A stretch of DNA of 31,234 nt. Origin: Verrucomicrobiota bacterium. Its GTDB lineage: Bacteria; Verrucomicrobiota; Verrucomicrobiia; Opitutales; UBA953. A program made the translations under genes and the position numbers. The stretch spans positions 1 through 31,234 of the forward strand of contig RFRI01000001.1 in assembly GCA_009924535.1 (NCBI GenBank). Direction: 5' to 3'. Position 1 is the stretch's first letter; the number at the start of each line of letters is the position of its first letter. Below are positions 1 to 10,787 of the stretch, piece after piece. The notes under the pieces were generated by a model. The model was given only the letters and a program-made list of their open reading frames with translations. It searched no databases and was not told the origin of the DNA.

Positions 1-1844
<1,844 letters not shown>

Positions 1845-1848
<4 letters not shown>

Positions 1849-3449
1849 CCGAGCAGCCGACGAGCAGCCCTGCTGCCGCCCGGCTCGCCTGGGTCGGCGC
1901 ATCGCTGACCGCCCTGCTGCTCTTCTTCTCGTTCGGTCCGTTCGGCCACCCCCTCTGCGCGTTCGTCGCGCTCGTGCCCGCCACGCTCGCCACGATGCTC
2001 CGGCCGGATTGGCGCACCTGGCGTCGCGCGAGCTTCGTCACCAGCTGGGTGCTCTGGATCGCGCTGCTCGTCTGGCTCCGCCACGTCTACCCGCCGCTCG
2101 GTTGGCTCGGGCTCGTGCTCCTCACGGCCTACTGCGCGCTCTACCCGTTCGTCTGGCTGCTGCTGGCGCGCTGGATCTTCCCCGCCTGCGCCGGCGCCTC
2201 GCTCCCGGCCCGCCTGCTCGCGATCAGCGGACTCGCTGGCGCGTGGGGCCTGCTCGAATGGGCGCGCAGCACGCTCCTCTCCGGCTTCGGCTGGCTGCCG
2301 CTCGCGGCCTCGCAGACCGGCAACCCCGTGATGCTCAGCCTGTGCGCCTGGGCCGGACCGATCGGCCTCTCCATCGCGCTGGTGCTCTGCAACCTCGGGC
2401 TCGCCCGCTGGATCGTGCGGCTCAGGGAATTTCAACGCGAAGAAGCCAGCCTCAAACCCGTCGGCCCGATGGGCTGGCTCCGTCGCATCACGCCCGAACT
2501 GTACCTCGGCTTGCTTCCCGTGGCGCTGGCCTTCTTCGCCGCGCTGCACGAGGTCGGCACGAAGCCACACGGCACCAAGGACGTGTGCGCTGGCATCGTC
2601 CAAACCGATTTCGACCCCAACGCCAAATGGGACTCGGCCCGGCTGCAGGAGCATATCGAAACCATCGGACGGCTCACCTTCGACGCCGCGGCCCAGAAAC
2701 CCGATTTCATCCTGTGGCCGGAAGCCGCCCTGCCGCTCTCGCTGGAAAGCGAAGGGTACCTGCAGCGCCTCACGAGCCTCTCAAAAGCCGTCGACACCCC
2801 GTTGGTCATCGGCGCCATCGACCACCGCGGCGCTGGCTACGCCAACGGCGTGGCGATCGTCACCGAGGAAGGCCTGCGTAAGCCCGTCTACGCCAAGCGC
2901 CACCTCGTGCCGTTCGGCGAATACGTACCCTTCGCCGATTTCCTGCCGCTCCGGAAAGTCGTGCCGATCAGCGAGGACTGCGTCGCCGGGACCTCCGTCT
3001 CCCTCCTCCCGCTGACCACGCGACGCGGCGACACCTTCATGGCCGGAGCCCTGGTCTGCTATGAGGATGTCTTCCCTGAGCTGGCCCGCGAGCATGCCCT
3101 CGCCGGCGCCGACCTGCTGATCGTGGTCACGAACGACGCTTGGTACGGCCGGGAAGCCGGCGCCACTCAGCATGTCGCGCACTCCATCCTCGCCTCCGCT
3201 TCGACGCACCTCCCGATGTTACGCTGCGGCAACGCAGGCTGGAGCGGCGCCATCAATGCCTACGGGTATGCCACCCCGCTCACCGAGCACGGGAGCATCT
3301 ATTTCCGGGGAGGCAAGACGTCCGCGCCCGTCCAGATCGTACCTGGACGCAGCCGCACCTTCTGGGTGCGCCACGGCGACTGGGCCGTCGGCCTAGGCGG
3401 CCTGCTCTTCGCCCTGACCTACGTCTGGCGACGTCGGCGCGCGGCCTGA
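1845..3449 (+). CDS. lnt: Apolipoprotein N-acyltransferase
   Basis: N-terminal TM helices followed by a nitrilase-fold domain with catalytic triad contexts WPEAA (E), YAKRHLVPFGEY (K) and VCYED (C), plus TNDAWY. The ATG at 1845 overlaps the secA stop (ATGA), so it is preferred over 1782. Confidence 0.95.
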
Positions 3450-3546
3450 CCCAAAAAACCGCAGGTCCTTGTCGACCTCCCCCGGAAACCGTCCAAAGTG
3501 AAGTGACCCCGGCACGGACGAATCCGCGCCTCACCGACGCTCACCG

Positions 3547-4425
3547 ATGAAGCCCCTGCGCATCCTCCTCGCCTGCCTCAGCCTCGGCGTCGCGCTCACC
3601 CTGACCGCCCAGGAGCTCAAGAAGCCCAAGGACGAGTTCCCGGAAAGCGGCATGGCCTCGTTCCGCCTCCGCATCAAATCCATCCCGACGCTGCGCATGC
3701 AGATCAACGGCGTCACCGTGCTCATGGGCGTCGATACCGGTTGCCAAGGCACGGCCGTGCTCACGCCGCGGGCCGCCGCGCGGTGCGGCATCACCGAGGC
3801 GTTCACGATGCCCACCATGGGTAATTCCGGGCGGGGCGAATCCAGCTACGGACTCGTCGAGAAACTCCAGGCCGGCGAGGTGACGTGGCGCGACTTCCAC
3901 GTGGCGCTGATGCCGCTCGACGGCATGGACATCGACGGCCTGCTCGGCGCCGACATCCTCTTCGCCCGTCCCTTCTACATGGATCTCCGGAACAAGGTCA
4001 TGATCCTCGGCAAGATCCCGGACACTTCCGCCGCCCATGAGGTCGCGTGCTACAGCCGCGGCGGCCACTGTGGCGTGAACATCGAGGTGGAAGGCGTGAA
4101 GGTGCCGATGATCGTCGATTCCGGCGCGTCCAAGTCCTACATGAGCTCGCTGAAGTTCCGCGGCCAGACCCAGTTCCGCGGCTTCCTGCCCGTCGCCACG
4201 GTCCGCAGCACCTCCCTCACCCGCGTCGAAGTCTGCCAGATCAAGTCCCTGCTCATCGGCGGCGCCCCCCTCACGGGCGTGGAGTTCATCCGCGACCTGG
4301 AGCACAACCTGCTGGGCGACGACTTCCTGCGAGCCCATCCCATCGCGGTGGACATGGCGTCGCGCCGCCTCTGGCTCTTCGAGCCGCAGGTGGCCGCGAA
4401 GCCGTCCGACGAGACGTCCAAGTAA
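3547..4425 (+). CDS. Secreted tandem retropepsin-like (clan AA) aspartyl protease
   Basis: Signal-peptide-like N-terminus and two repeats of the retropepsin signature: GVDTG...GLLGAD and IVDSG...NLLGDD. Confidence 0.8.
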   Translation: MKPLRILLACLSLGVALTLTAQELKKPKDEFPESGMASFRLRIKSIPTLRMQINGVTVLMGVDTGCQGTAVLTPRAAARCGITEAFTMPTMGNSGRGESSYGLVEKLQAGEVTWRDFHVALMPLDGMDIDGLLGADILFARPFYMDLRNKVMILGKIPDTSAAHEVACYSRGGHCGVNIEVEGVKVPMIVDSGASKSYMSSLKFRGQTQFRGFLPVATVRSTSLTRVEVCQIKSLLIGGAPLTGVEFIRDLEHNLLGDDFLRAHPIAVDMASRRLWLFEPQVAAKPSDETSK

Positions 4426-4431
4426 ACCGGC

Positions 4432-5190
4432 TTAGCGACGGCGACCGGACTTGCCGGAAGCCTTGCCGCCGCCTTCGGACTCGCCGCCTTCTTCGCTGGC
4501 GCCTTCTTCGGCCGGCTCGTCTTCGTCGTCCCAGCGGAGGTTCTTCTCCATGTCCTTGTCGACTTCCTCGACGTCAGGCAGGTCGGCGATGTCTTCGGCC
4601 GCGCCCGTGGCGCGGGCCGGCTTGTCGTCGTCATCGTCGTCGCCCGGGACTTCATGGCCTTGCGGGACGAACTCGAGGATGTCGGTGATCTCTTCGAAAG
4701 GATGGATGTCGCGGCTCTCGATCATGGCCTGGTTGCGCAGTTCGCTGAGCTGTTCATCCACGTCCTCGACGGTGAGCTTCTGCTCGAGCTTGATCGTGTC
4801 GTTGATGAGCTTCACGCGCAGGCGCATGATGTGCTCGAGGAAATCGGCGTAGGCGCCCTTGTCGCCGTCCTTGATGTTCGGCAGGGCGAAGAGCGGCTCC
4901 TCGGAATCGAGGATGTGTTCGGCGACGCGGACGAGGCGGACGGTGCTGTCCTTCTCGATGTCCTGGGCCTGGAACGGGACGAAGGCGGCTTCGAGGACTT
5001 CGTTGGAAAGCCCGTACTCGCGGAGGGGGTCCATCATGTCGAGGATCCAGGGGAACTGGAACGGATCGAGGATGCCCAAGCCGTCCGGCTCGTAGTGCTT
5101 CGGGTCGGAGTTCTCCTTCACCCACCAGTTGCCTTCCTTCTCCTTGAAACGGATGGTGCACCAAAGGAGCTTTGAGGTAGTCGAAGCCAT
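4432..5190 (-). CDS. Hypothetical cytoplasmic protein with a very acidic C-terminal tail
   Basis: Host-like codon usage on the minus strand. ATG 5190 (MASTTSK) has TTGACT 36 nt upstream. The tail is D/E-rich (DDDDDD, WDDEDEPAEEGASEEGGESE). Confidence 0.8.
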   Translation of the reverse strand: MASTTSKLLWCTIRFKEKEGNWWVKENSDPKHYEPDGLGILDPFQFPWILDMMDPLREYGLSNEVLEAAFVPFQAQDIEKDSTVRLVRVAEHILDSEEPLFALPNIKDGDKGAYADFLEHIMRLRVKLINDTIKLEQKLTVEDVDEQLSELRNQAMIESRDIHPFEEITDILEFVPQGHEVPGDDDDDDKPARATGAAEDIADLPDVEEVDKDMEKNLRWDDEDEPAEEGASEEGGESEGGGKASGKSGRRR

Positions 5191-5265
5191 GGCTGGCTGG
5201 TGTGCCCAAGTCTGGGCGGGAGTCAAGAGGGGTCGGCGAAGGGTCCAAATGGCGGGCTTCTCCGC

Positions 5266-5293
5266 TTTCCTTCCGCCCTTTCCTCCCTTAACT
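5266..5293 (+). promoter_or_regulatory. Putative sigma70-type leaderless promoter of pyrD
   Basis: TTTCCT(5266-5271)-N16-TTAACT(5288-5293)-N7-ATG(5301), with no SD. Identified by eye. Confidence 0.45.
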
Positions 5294-5300
5294 GCAGGGG

Positions 5301-6356
5301 ATGTCTTTCCTGTACGAGAAGGTGATCTCCAAGGCCCTCTACTCGCTCGACCCCGAGACGGCCCACCAGGTCGGCCTCCGCGGCATGGGCCTCCTCGGCG
5401 CCTGCGCCCCCCTCCGCCTCCTGATGGAGCGATCGCTGACCCCCAAGGGCGGCCGCCCCATCGAAGCCTTCGGCCTGAAGTTCCCGAACCACATCGGTCT
5501 CGCCGCCGGGTTCGACAAGGACGGCATCGGCTGGCGCGGCGCGGCGGCCCTCGGCTTCGGCCACGTCGAAGTCGGCACGGTCACCCCGAAGGCCCAGCCG
5601 GGCAACGAGAAGCCCCGCGTGTTCCGCTACCCGGAGCTCAACGCCGTCGTGAACGCCTACGGCTTCCCGAACGCCGGCGCCCAAGCCCTCTACGATCGCC
5701 TGAGCAAGCACCCCGGCCGCGGCCAGCGCGTCTGCCCGCTCGGCATCAACATCGGCAAGAATAAGGCCACCGCCAACGAGCAGGCGCACGAAGACTACCT
5801 CACCTGCTTCAAACTCCTCGCGCCGCTCGCCGACTACGTCGTCGTGAACATCAGTAGCCCGAACACCACCGGCCTGCGCGCCCTCCAGGACCGCGCCCCG
5901 CTCGTGACGCTGCTTTCCACGCTCGCGCAGGAGAACCGCTCCGTCGCCGGCGGCCCGGTGCCCCTGCTCCTCAAGATCGCCCCGGACCTCAATCCGAACC
6001 AGCTCGCCGACATCGTCAGCGTCGTCGGCGAATGCGGCTTCGCCGGCATCATCGCCACGAACACCACCATCACGCGCCCGCCCGGGACCGAAGCGTGTTC
6101 GCCCGGCCGCGGCGGCCTCAGCGGCGCCCCGCTCCTCGAACGTTCCCTGCAGGTCGTGCGCTTCCTCGCCAAGGAAGCCGATGGCCGCATCCCGATCGTC
6201 GGTTGCGGCGGTATCCTGTCCGCCAAGGACGCCGGCCGCTTCATGGACGAAGGCGCGTGCCTCGTGCAGGTCTACTCCGGCCTCATCTTCCGCGGCCCGG
6301 AACTCGCCCGCGAAGTCGCCGAAGGCCTCGCCTGGCGCCAGCGCGCCTGGGCCTGA
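5301..6356 (+). CDS. pyrD: Quinone-dependent dihydroorotate dehydrogenase (class 2)
   Basis: Motifs GLAAGFDKDG, GTVTPKAQPGNEKPRVFR, GINIGKNK, VVNISSPNT (catalytic Ser), LLKIAPDL, ATNTT and GGLSGAPL. Confidence 0.97.
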   Translation: MSFLYEKVISKALYSLDPETAHQVGLRGMGLLGACAPLRLLMERSLTPKGGRPIEAFGLKFPNHIGLAAGFDKDGIGWRGAAALGFGHVEVGTVTPKAQPGNEKPRVFRYPELNAVVNAYGFPNAGAQALYDRLSKHPGRGQRVCPLGINIGKNKATANEQAHEDYLTCFKLLAPLADYVVVNISSPNTTGLRALQDRAPLVTLLSTLAQENRSVAGGPVPLLLKIAPDLNPNQLADIVSVVGECGFAGIIATNTTITRPPGTEACSPGRGGLSGAPLLERSLQVVRFLAKEADGRIPIVGCGGILSAKDAGRFMDEGACLVQVYSGLIFRGPELAREVAEGLAWRQRAWA

Positions 6357-6367
6357 GCCTACCTTTT

Positions 6368-6547
6368 ATGGATAACCTCCTCCTGACGGTGACTTTGTCG
6401 AGTACCGCCGCCACCCTGCTCTTCTCGATCTACCCCAACAAAGGCAGCTTGGTCAGCAGGATGACCCGACTTTCTCTTGCCGTCATTCTTTCTCTCACCG
6501 GATCGATCTGCGGAATCGTCTTCCTGTACGGAAAACTCGCCGGATAG
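6368..6547 (+). CDS. Small (59 aa) two-TM membrane protein, hypothetical
   Basis: ATG lies 11 nt after the pyrD stop. MDNLLLTVTLSSTAATLLFSIYPNKGSLVSRMTRLSLAVILSLTGSICGIVFLYGKLAG has two hydrophobic segments and a basic loop, and it fills an otherwise empty gap. Confidence 0.5.
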   Translation: MDNLLLTVTLSSTAATLLFSIYPNKGSLVSRMTRLSLAVILSLTGSICGIVFLYGKLAG

Positions 6548-6564
6548 TCGGACGCGCGGCCTGA

Positions 6565-7110
6565 TCACTTCGTCGGCGCGACGGGGATGTGCACTTCCGA
6601 CTGCTTGAGGAAGAACGGCACGAACGGGCTGTTCCAATAGACCGCGTACGGTTCGCCGGCCGCCTTGACGTCGGTCCGCTTCGCCAGCCAAGCCTTCAGC
6701 GCGGTCAGGGCTTCCTCATAATTCTCCCGGCTATACGAGCCACGGATGCCGATGGCGGCCACGCGACGTTCGGGCACCGAGGACAGCTTCACCTGCGGCG
6801 TCTCGGCGAGGTCGGCGCGCTTGGCCGAGGCCTCGTCCATATAGAAGACCATCGTGCCCGGCTTGATGCCCGCCTCGACCGGCGCGGTCATCGGGATCTT
6901 GTTCGAGTCGATGTAACGGAAGAGCTTCATGAACAGCCCGTTGTCCCCGGCAAAATAATCATTCGCCGATTCCGTGCGCATCCAGCGGGCCGCAGGCAGG
7001 GTCTTGAGCTCGAGGTCGCCGGGGGCGGTGCGGGGATAGGCTTCGGACACGGCACCGAGTTTGGCGGACGACACGACGATGGCGAGGGCAACCCAGAGGA
7101 ACGTCTTCAT
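6565..7110 (-). CDS. SOUL family heme-binding protein, secreted
   Basis: Motifs FMKLFRYI...KIPMTAPV, VAAIGIRGSY and YWNSPFVPFFLKQSEVHIPV. A signal peptide follows ATG 7110 (MKTFLWVALAIVVSS). Confidence 0.88.
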   Translation of the reverse strand: MKTFLWVALAIVVSSAKLGAVSEAYPRTAPGDLELKTLPAARWMRTESANDYFAGDNGLFMKLFRYIDSNKIPMTAPVEAGIKPGTMVFYMDEASAKRADLAETPQVKLSSVPERRVAAIGIRGSYSRENYEEALTALKAWLAKRTDVKAAGEPYAVYWNSPFVPFFLKQSEVHIPVAPTK

Positions 7111-7116
7111 AAGGTC

Positions 7117-7144
7117 ATTAAAGGACAGGCCGGCCCTGTTCCAA
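7117..7144 (-). promoter_or_regulatory. Putative leaderless promoter of the SOUL gene
   Basis: On the minus strand, TTGGAA(7144-7139)-N16-TTTAAT(7122-7117)-N6-ATG(7110). Confidence 0.4.
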
Positions 7145-7201
7145 CCTCGGAATCCTGCGACCACCCTTGCCACGGCCACGGGAGTTCCTTTGCTGGGGTG
7201 C

Positions 7202-7885
7202 ATGGGCGAAACGAACGAGAAGAACACCTTAGTCTCCCGCCTAGGCCATAATTTCCTGACGGGCCTCTTCCTCCTCATGCCGATCGGCCTGACGCTCTAC
7301 GTGGTGTCGGTGCTCCTCGACCTGATGGGCAAGTTCATCCAGCCCGCGATCGAGTGGGGCTTCGCCTGGCTCTGGCACGATTCGAAGACCCCCGCGCCCG
7401 ATTTCACGACCGGCCTCTACCGTCAGCTCGTCGTGGTCTCTTCCGCGGTGGTGATGCTGATCATCCTGGTCGTCGTCGGCTACCTCTCGAAGCGCCTCTT
7501 CGGCAAGATCCTCCACCGCTGGTTCGCCACCGTCCTTGAACGCATCCCCGGCCTCGGCTCCCTCTACGGCACGATCCGCCAGATGGTCGACGCCCTCAGC
7601 GGCCGCAACAAGGACACCTTCCGTCGCGTGGTGATGGTCGAATTCCCCCGCCCCGGGATGTGGTCCATCGCCTTCGTCACCCATGAGCAGCCCACGGTCT
7701 TCAGCCAGGCCATCGGCAAGCCGGTCGTGAACGTCTTCATCCCGGCCGCGCCGGCGCCCACGACAGGGGTGATCCTGCACCTTTCCCCGGATGAAGTCCG
7801 CGAGACGAAGCTGACCGTCGGCGAAGCCCTCGGCCTGCTGATGAGCTTCGGTTCCGTCGTCCCCAAGCCGGAAAGCAAGGAGTAG
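7202..7885 (+). CDS. DUF502 family membrane protein
   Basis: FLTGLFLLMPIGLT, a second TM segment, then LERIPGLGSLYGTIRQMVD, VVMVEFPRPGMWSIAFVT and VFIPAAPAPTTG, which is the typical DUF502 pattern. Confidence 0.9.
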   Translation: MGETNEKNTLVSRLGHNFLTGLFLLMPIGLTLYVVSVLLDLMGKFIQPAIEWGFAWLWHDSKTPAPDFTTGLYRQLVVVSSAVVMLIILVVVGYLSKRLFGKILHRWFATVLERIPGLGSLYGTIRQMVDALSGRNKDTFRRVVMVEFPRPGMWSIAFVTHEQPTVFSQAIGKPVVNVFIPAAPAPTTGVILHLSPDEVRETKLTVGEALGLLMSFGSVVPKPESKE

Positions 7886-7890
7886 GCCGG

Positions 7891-8493
7891 ATGTCCGCGT
7901 CGAGCCTCCGCTGCCTGGTGCTGGGTCGCGATCCCTCCGGGGAATCGCACTCCTTGCTCACGCTGCTCGAGCCCGCCGAAGGGCTCGTGCGCTGCCTGAT
8001 CCGCACCCACCGCGGCAACGGCACCACCCTGCCCGATCTCTTCGACGAAGGCGAAGTCAGCCTCGAACGCGCGAAGGACGGCGGCACGCGTTTCGCCCGC
8101 GATTACCGCCTGCTCACCCGCCGCGCCGGCCTCGCCCGCGACCACCGCACGCTCGAACGCGCCTGCCGGCTCGCGTCGATGCTGCGCAAGAACCCGCCGC
8201 CGCCCGAATCCGCCGAAGTGTGCTACCGCATCGCGCTCGAGACGTTCGACGCCATGGCCGCGCGCCCGCGCGCCGACTGCGCGTATTTCAAGAGCCTCTG
8301 GCTGATCCTCAAGGATGGCGGCTGGGGCGTGCATGAGCAATGGTTCACGCGCCTCGGCGCCCGCCAGGCCGGCGCGTCGGCGATCCTCGGCCAGCCCCTC
8401 GACGCGCAGACGACCGACGAAGAGACCGTCGCCAAGCTTTCGACCGACCTCGAACGCTGGGCCGCCGGCGAAGCCCATTTCGTCCTGCCCTGA
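7891..8493 (+). CDS. recO: Divergent DNA repair protein RecO-like
   Basis: The N-terminus resembles the RecO OB-fold pattern (LVLGRDPSGESHSLLTLLEPAEGLVRCL; PDLFDEGEVSL) and is followed by a helical domain. No Zn finger is present. Similarity judged by eye. Confidence 0.65.
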   Translation: MSASSLRCLVLGRDPSGESHSLLTLLEPAEGLVRCLIRTHRGNGTTLPDLFDEGEVSLERAKDGGTRFARDYRLLTRRAGLARDHRTLERACRLASMLRKNPPPPESAEVCYRIALETFDAMAARPRADCAYFKSLWLILKDGGWGVHEQWFTRLGARQAGASAILGQPLDAQTTDEETVAKLSTDLERWAAGEAHFVLP

Positions 8494-10787
8494 TGCGCAT
8501 CGACATCAAGGCCAAGCGCGTCGAGCTGAGCGCGCAGGAATTCGCGACGTTCCGACCGGGTCCCGGCGCGGGCGCCGGCGGCGCCCCGTGGCGCGCCGAA
8601 GCGGGCCGCCAGTGGCACGAGACGATGCGCAAGGTCGCCGAAGCCGAAGGCCAGGGCTGGCAGTTCGAACGCTCGGTCGCCTGCGAGGTCGCCGCCCTCG
8701 GCTGGACGATCGCCATCACCGGCCGCGCCGACCAATGGCTCGAGACGGACGGCGAGGTCCGCATCCGCGAGATCAAGACGATCAGCCTGAAGCTCCCGCG
8801 CAAACCCGAGTTCCTCCTCGGCCGCTTCGCGCACCACTTCCTCCAGCTCGCGGCCTATTGCCACGCCGCGCGCCTCGGCTCGGGGGCCCGCGAGGTGAAA
8901 GGCGAGCTCATCTTCATCGACCCGGCGGATGGTACGCGCCAGCCGGTCGGCCTCCCCCGCTCCGCCGAAGCCGACCTGCTCACGCAGGCGGAGACGGTCG
9001 CCGCGCACGCCGAGAACCGTCGCGCGAGCCACGCGCGACTGCTCAACCTCCCGGATCGCCTACCCTTCAAGGAACCCCGCCCGGAATGGCTGCAATGCTG
9101 CGCCGACCTCGATCAGGCCGGCCTCGATTCGCCCACGCGCCTGCTCGTCGCGCCGACCGGCTTCGGCAAGACCTCCGCCGCCCTGCGCCACGGCCTCGGC
9201 CTCCTTCGCGGCGGCCGCGCGGGACGCCTGCTCTACCTCACCGGCAAGGGCACCGGCCAGATCCAGGTGCTCTCCGAACTCCGCCGCCTCGCCCGCAGCA
9301 ACGAACTCCGCGCGGTGCTCCTCCGGCCGCGCTCCGAACACGAGGTCGACGGCATCACCGACGACCCCGAGCAGATCCGCCGCAACTGGGCCAACGCGAA
9401 GATCGACCCGCAGCACCTCCTCGAGGAAGCCGCCGACCTCCGTCGCGTCCGCGAGATCGGCCGCATCGCCGGCGTGCCGCCGTGGGACATCACGAAGGCG
9501 ATGCTCGCGCACGCCGACGTGGTGATCTGCGACTACAACTATGTCTTCTCGCCGCGTAACCGCGCCGCCCTCGAGACCGTGCCCGGCTGGGACATGGCCG
9601 ACACGGTGCTGGTCGTCGACGAAGCCCATAACCTGCCCGACCGCGCCGCGGAGTGCCTTTCACTACGCGACGACGAGCAGTCCGCCGCCGACTTCGCCTT
9701 CACGCTCACGCGTTTCCGCGCGCCGGAAGCCTGGTGCCAGACCGCGCAGCTGTGGGCCGACTTCCTCCACCGTCTGCCCAAGGCCGACGCGATCTCGCCG
9801 GATGACCGCATCGAAGCGATGGCCATCGCGGAACGGATGTCCGTCCTCGCCGCCGAACACCCCTTCAACACCGACGACCTACCGGACGCCGCCAAGCAGG
9901 CCGTCTGGAACGCGGCCACTTGGTCCGAGCGCCTCGAAGCCGCCGACCTCGGCTGGCTGCTCTGGTCGCCTCGCCCCGGCCTGCTCAGCCTCGACTGCCT
10001 TTCCGCCGCCAAGGCCACCGGCGAACGGCTCCGCGCCTTCGGCCACACCCTGCTCATGACCGCGACGCCCGGCCCGTGCGGCTCGCTCGCCGCGGACTGC
10101 GGACTCGACCCCGACAACCTCGTGATGGTCCACGCGCTCGCGCCGTGGCGCCAAGGCGCCTACACCGTCGCGATCGACGGACGCGTGGACACGCGCCTGA
10201 AGACCCGCGAAGGCCACATGGCCCGCTCCGGCGCCGCCCTGCTCCGCCTCGCGCAGGAAGGTGCCGTGGCCGCGTTCTTCCCGTCTTATAAATATGCCGA
10301 AGCCGTCGTGAAGGAAGTCCGTGACCTCGATCCCAAGGCCGACGTCGCCCTGCAACCGCGCGGCCTCGGCCCGGATGGCACCGCCCGCTTCGTCGAGGAT
10401 TCGCTCAACCGTTACACCATCCTCTGCCTCATCCTCGGCGGCTCGCTCGGGGAAGGCGTCGACATGCTCGGCGGTCGCATCCGCTCGGCGGTGGTCATCG
10501 GGCCGGCGCTCCCGGAGGTCAACGCGCTCCAGGAAGCCCGCCGCAAGATGTTCGCGGAAGCCGGCGCCGAAGACGCGTTCTCGCTGGCGTACGTGCGCCC
10601 CGGCATGCGCAAGGTGAACCAGGCGCTCGGCCGACTCGTCCGCGCGCCCGGGCACACGGCGCGCGTGCTCCTGCACTGCCGACGCTTCGCCGACGAAGCC
10701 TACCGCAGCCTGCTCTCGACGGAATACGGCGACCCCGAAGTCCTCGCCGACGACGAGGAATTCGTGCGTTGGTCCGGCCGCAGCTGA
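8493..10787 (+). CDS. N-terminal PD-(D/E)XK (RecB-like) nuclease fused to a DinG/XPD (Rad3)-type SF2 helicase
   Basis: Nuclease motifs: GRQWH, GRADQW, EIKT, QLAAY. Helicase motifs: APTGFGKT, VICDYNYVF, VVDEAHNL, MTAT, FFPSY, GEGVD, VIGPALP, VNQALGRLVR. ATG 8493 overlaps the recO stop (TGATG). Confidence 0.88.
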   Translation: MRIDIKAKRVELSAQEFATFRPGPGAGAGGAPWRAEAGRQWHETMRKVAEAEGQGWQFERSVACEVAALGWTIAITGRADQWLETDGEVRIREIKTISLKLPRKPEFLLGRFAHHFLQLAAYCHAARLGSGAREVKGELIFIDPADGTRQPVGLPRSAEADLLTQAETVAAHAENRRASHARLLNLPDRLPFKEPRPEWLQCCADLDQAGLDSPTRLLVAPTGFGKTSAALRHGLGLLRGGRAGRLLYLTGKGTGQIQVLSELRRLARSNELRAVLLRPRSEHEVDGITDDPEQIRRNWANAKIDPQHLLEEAADLRRVREIGRIAGVPPWDITKAMLAHADVVICDYNYVFSPRNRAALETVPGWDMADTVLVVDEAHNLPDRAAECLSLRDDEQSAADFAFTLTRFRAPEAWCQTAQLWADFLHRLPKADAISPDDRIEAMAIAERMSVLAAEHPFNTDDLPDAAKQAVWNAATWSERLEAADLGWLLWSPRPGLLSLDCLSAAKATGERLRAFGHTLLMTATPGPCGSLAADCGLDPDNLVMVHALAPWRQGAYTVAIDGRVDTRLKTREGHMARSGAALLRLAQEGAVAAFFPSYKYAEAVVKEVRDLDPKADVALQPRGLGPDGTARFVEDSLNRYTILCLILGGSLGEGVDMLGGRIRSAVVIGPALPEVNALQEARRKMFAEAGAEDAFSLAYVRPGMRKVNQALGRLVRAPGHTARVLLHCRRFADEAYRSLLSTEYGDPEVLADDEEFVRWSGRS

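Noticed and set aside
8493-10787. Cas4/CasDinG (type IV CRISPR) interpretation of the nuclease-helicase
   Set aside because: No CRISPR array or cas genes are nearby, the nuclease domain lacks the Cas4 Cys cluster, and the context is housekeeping (recO).
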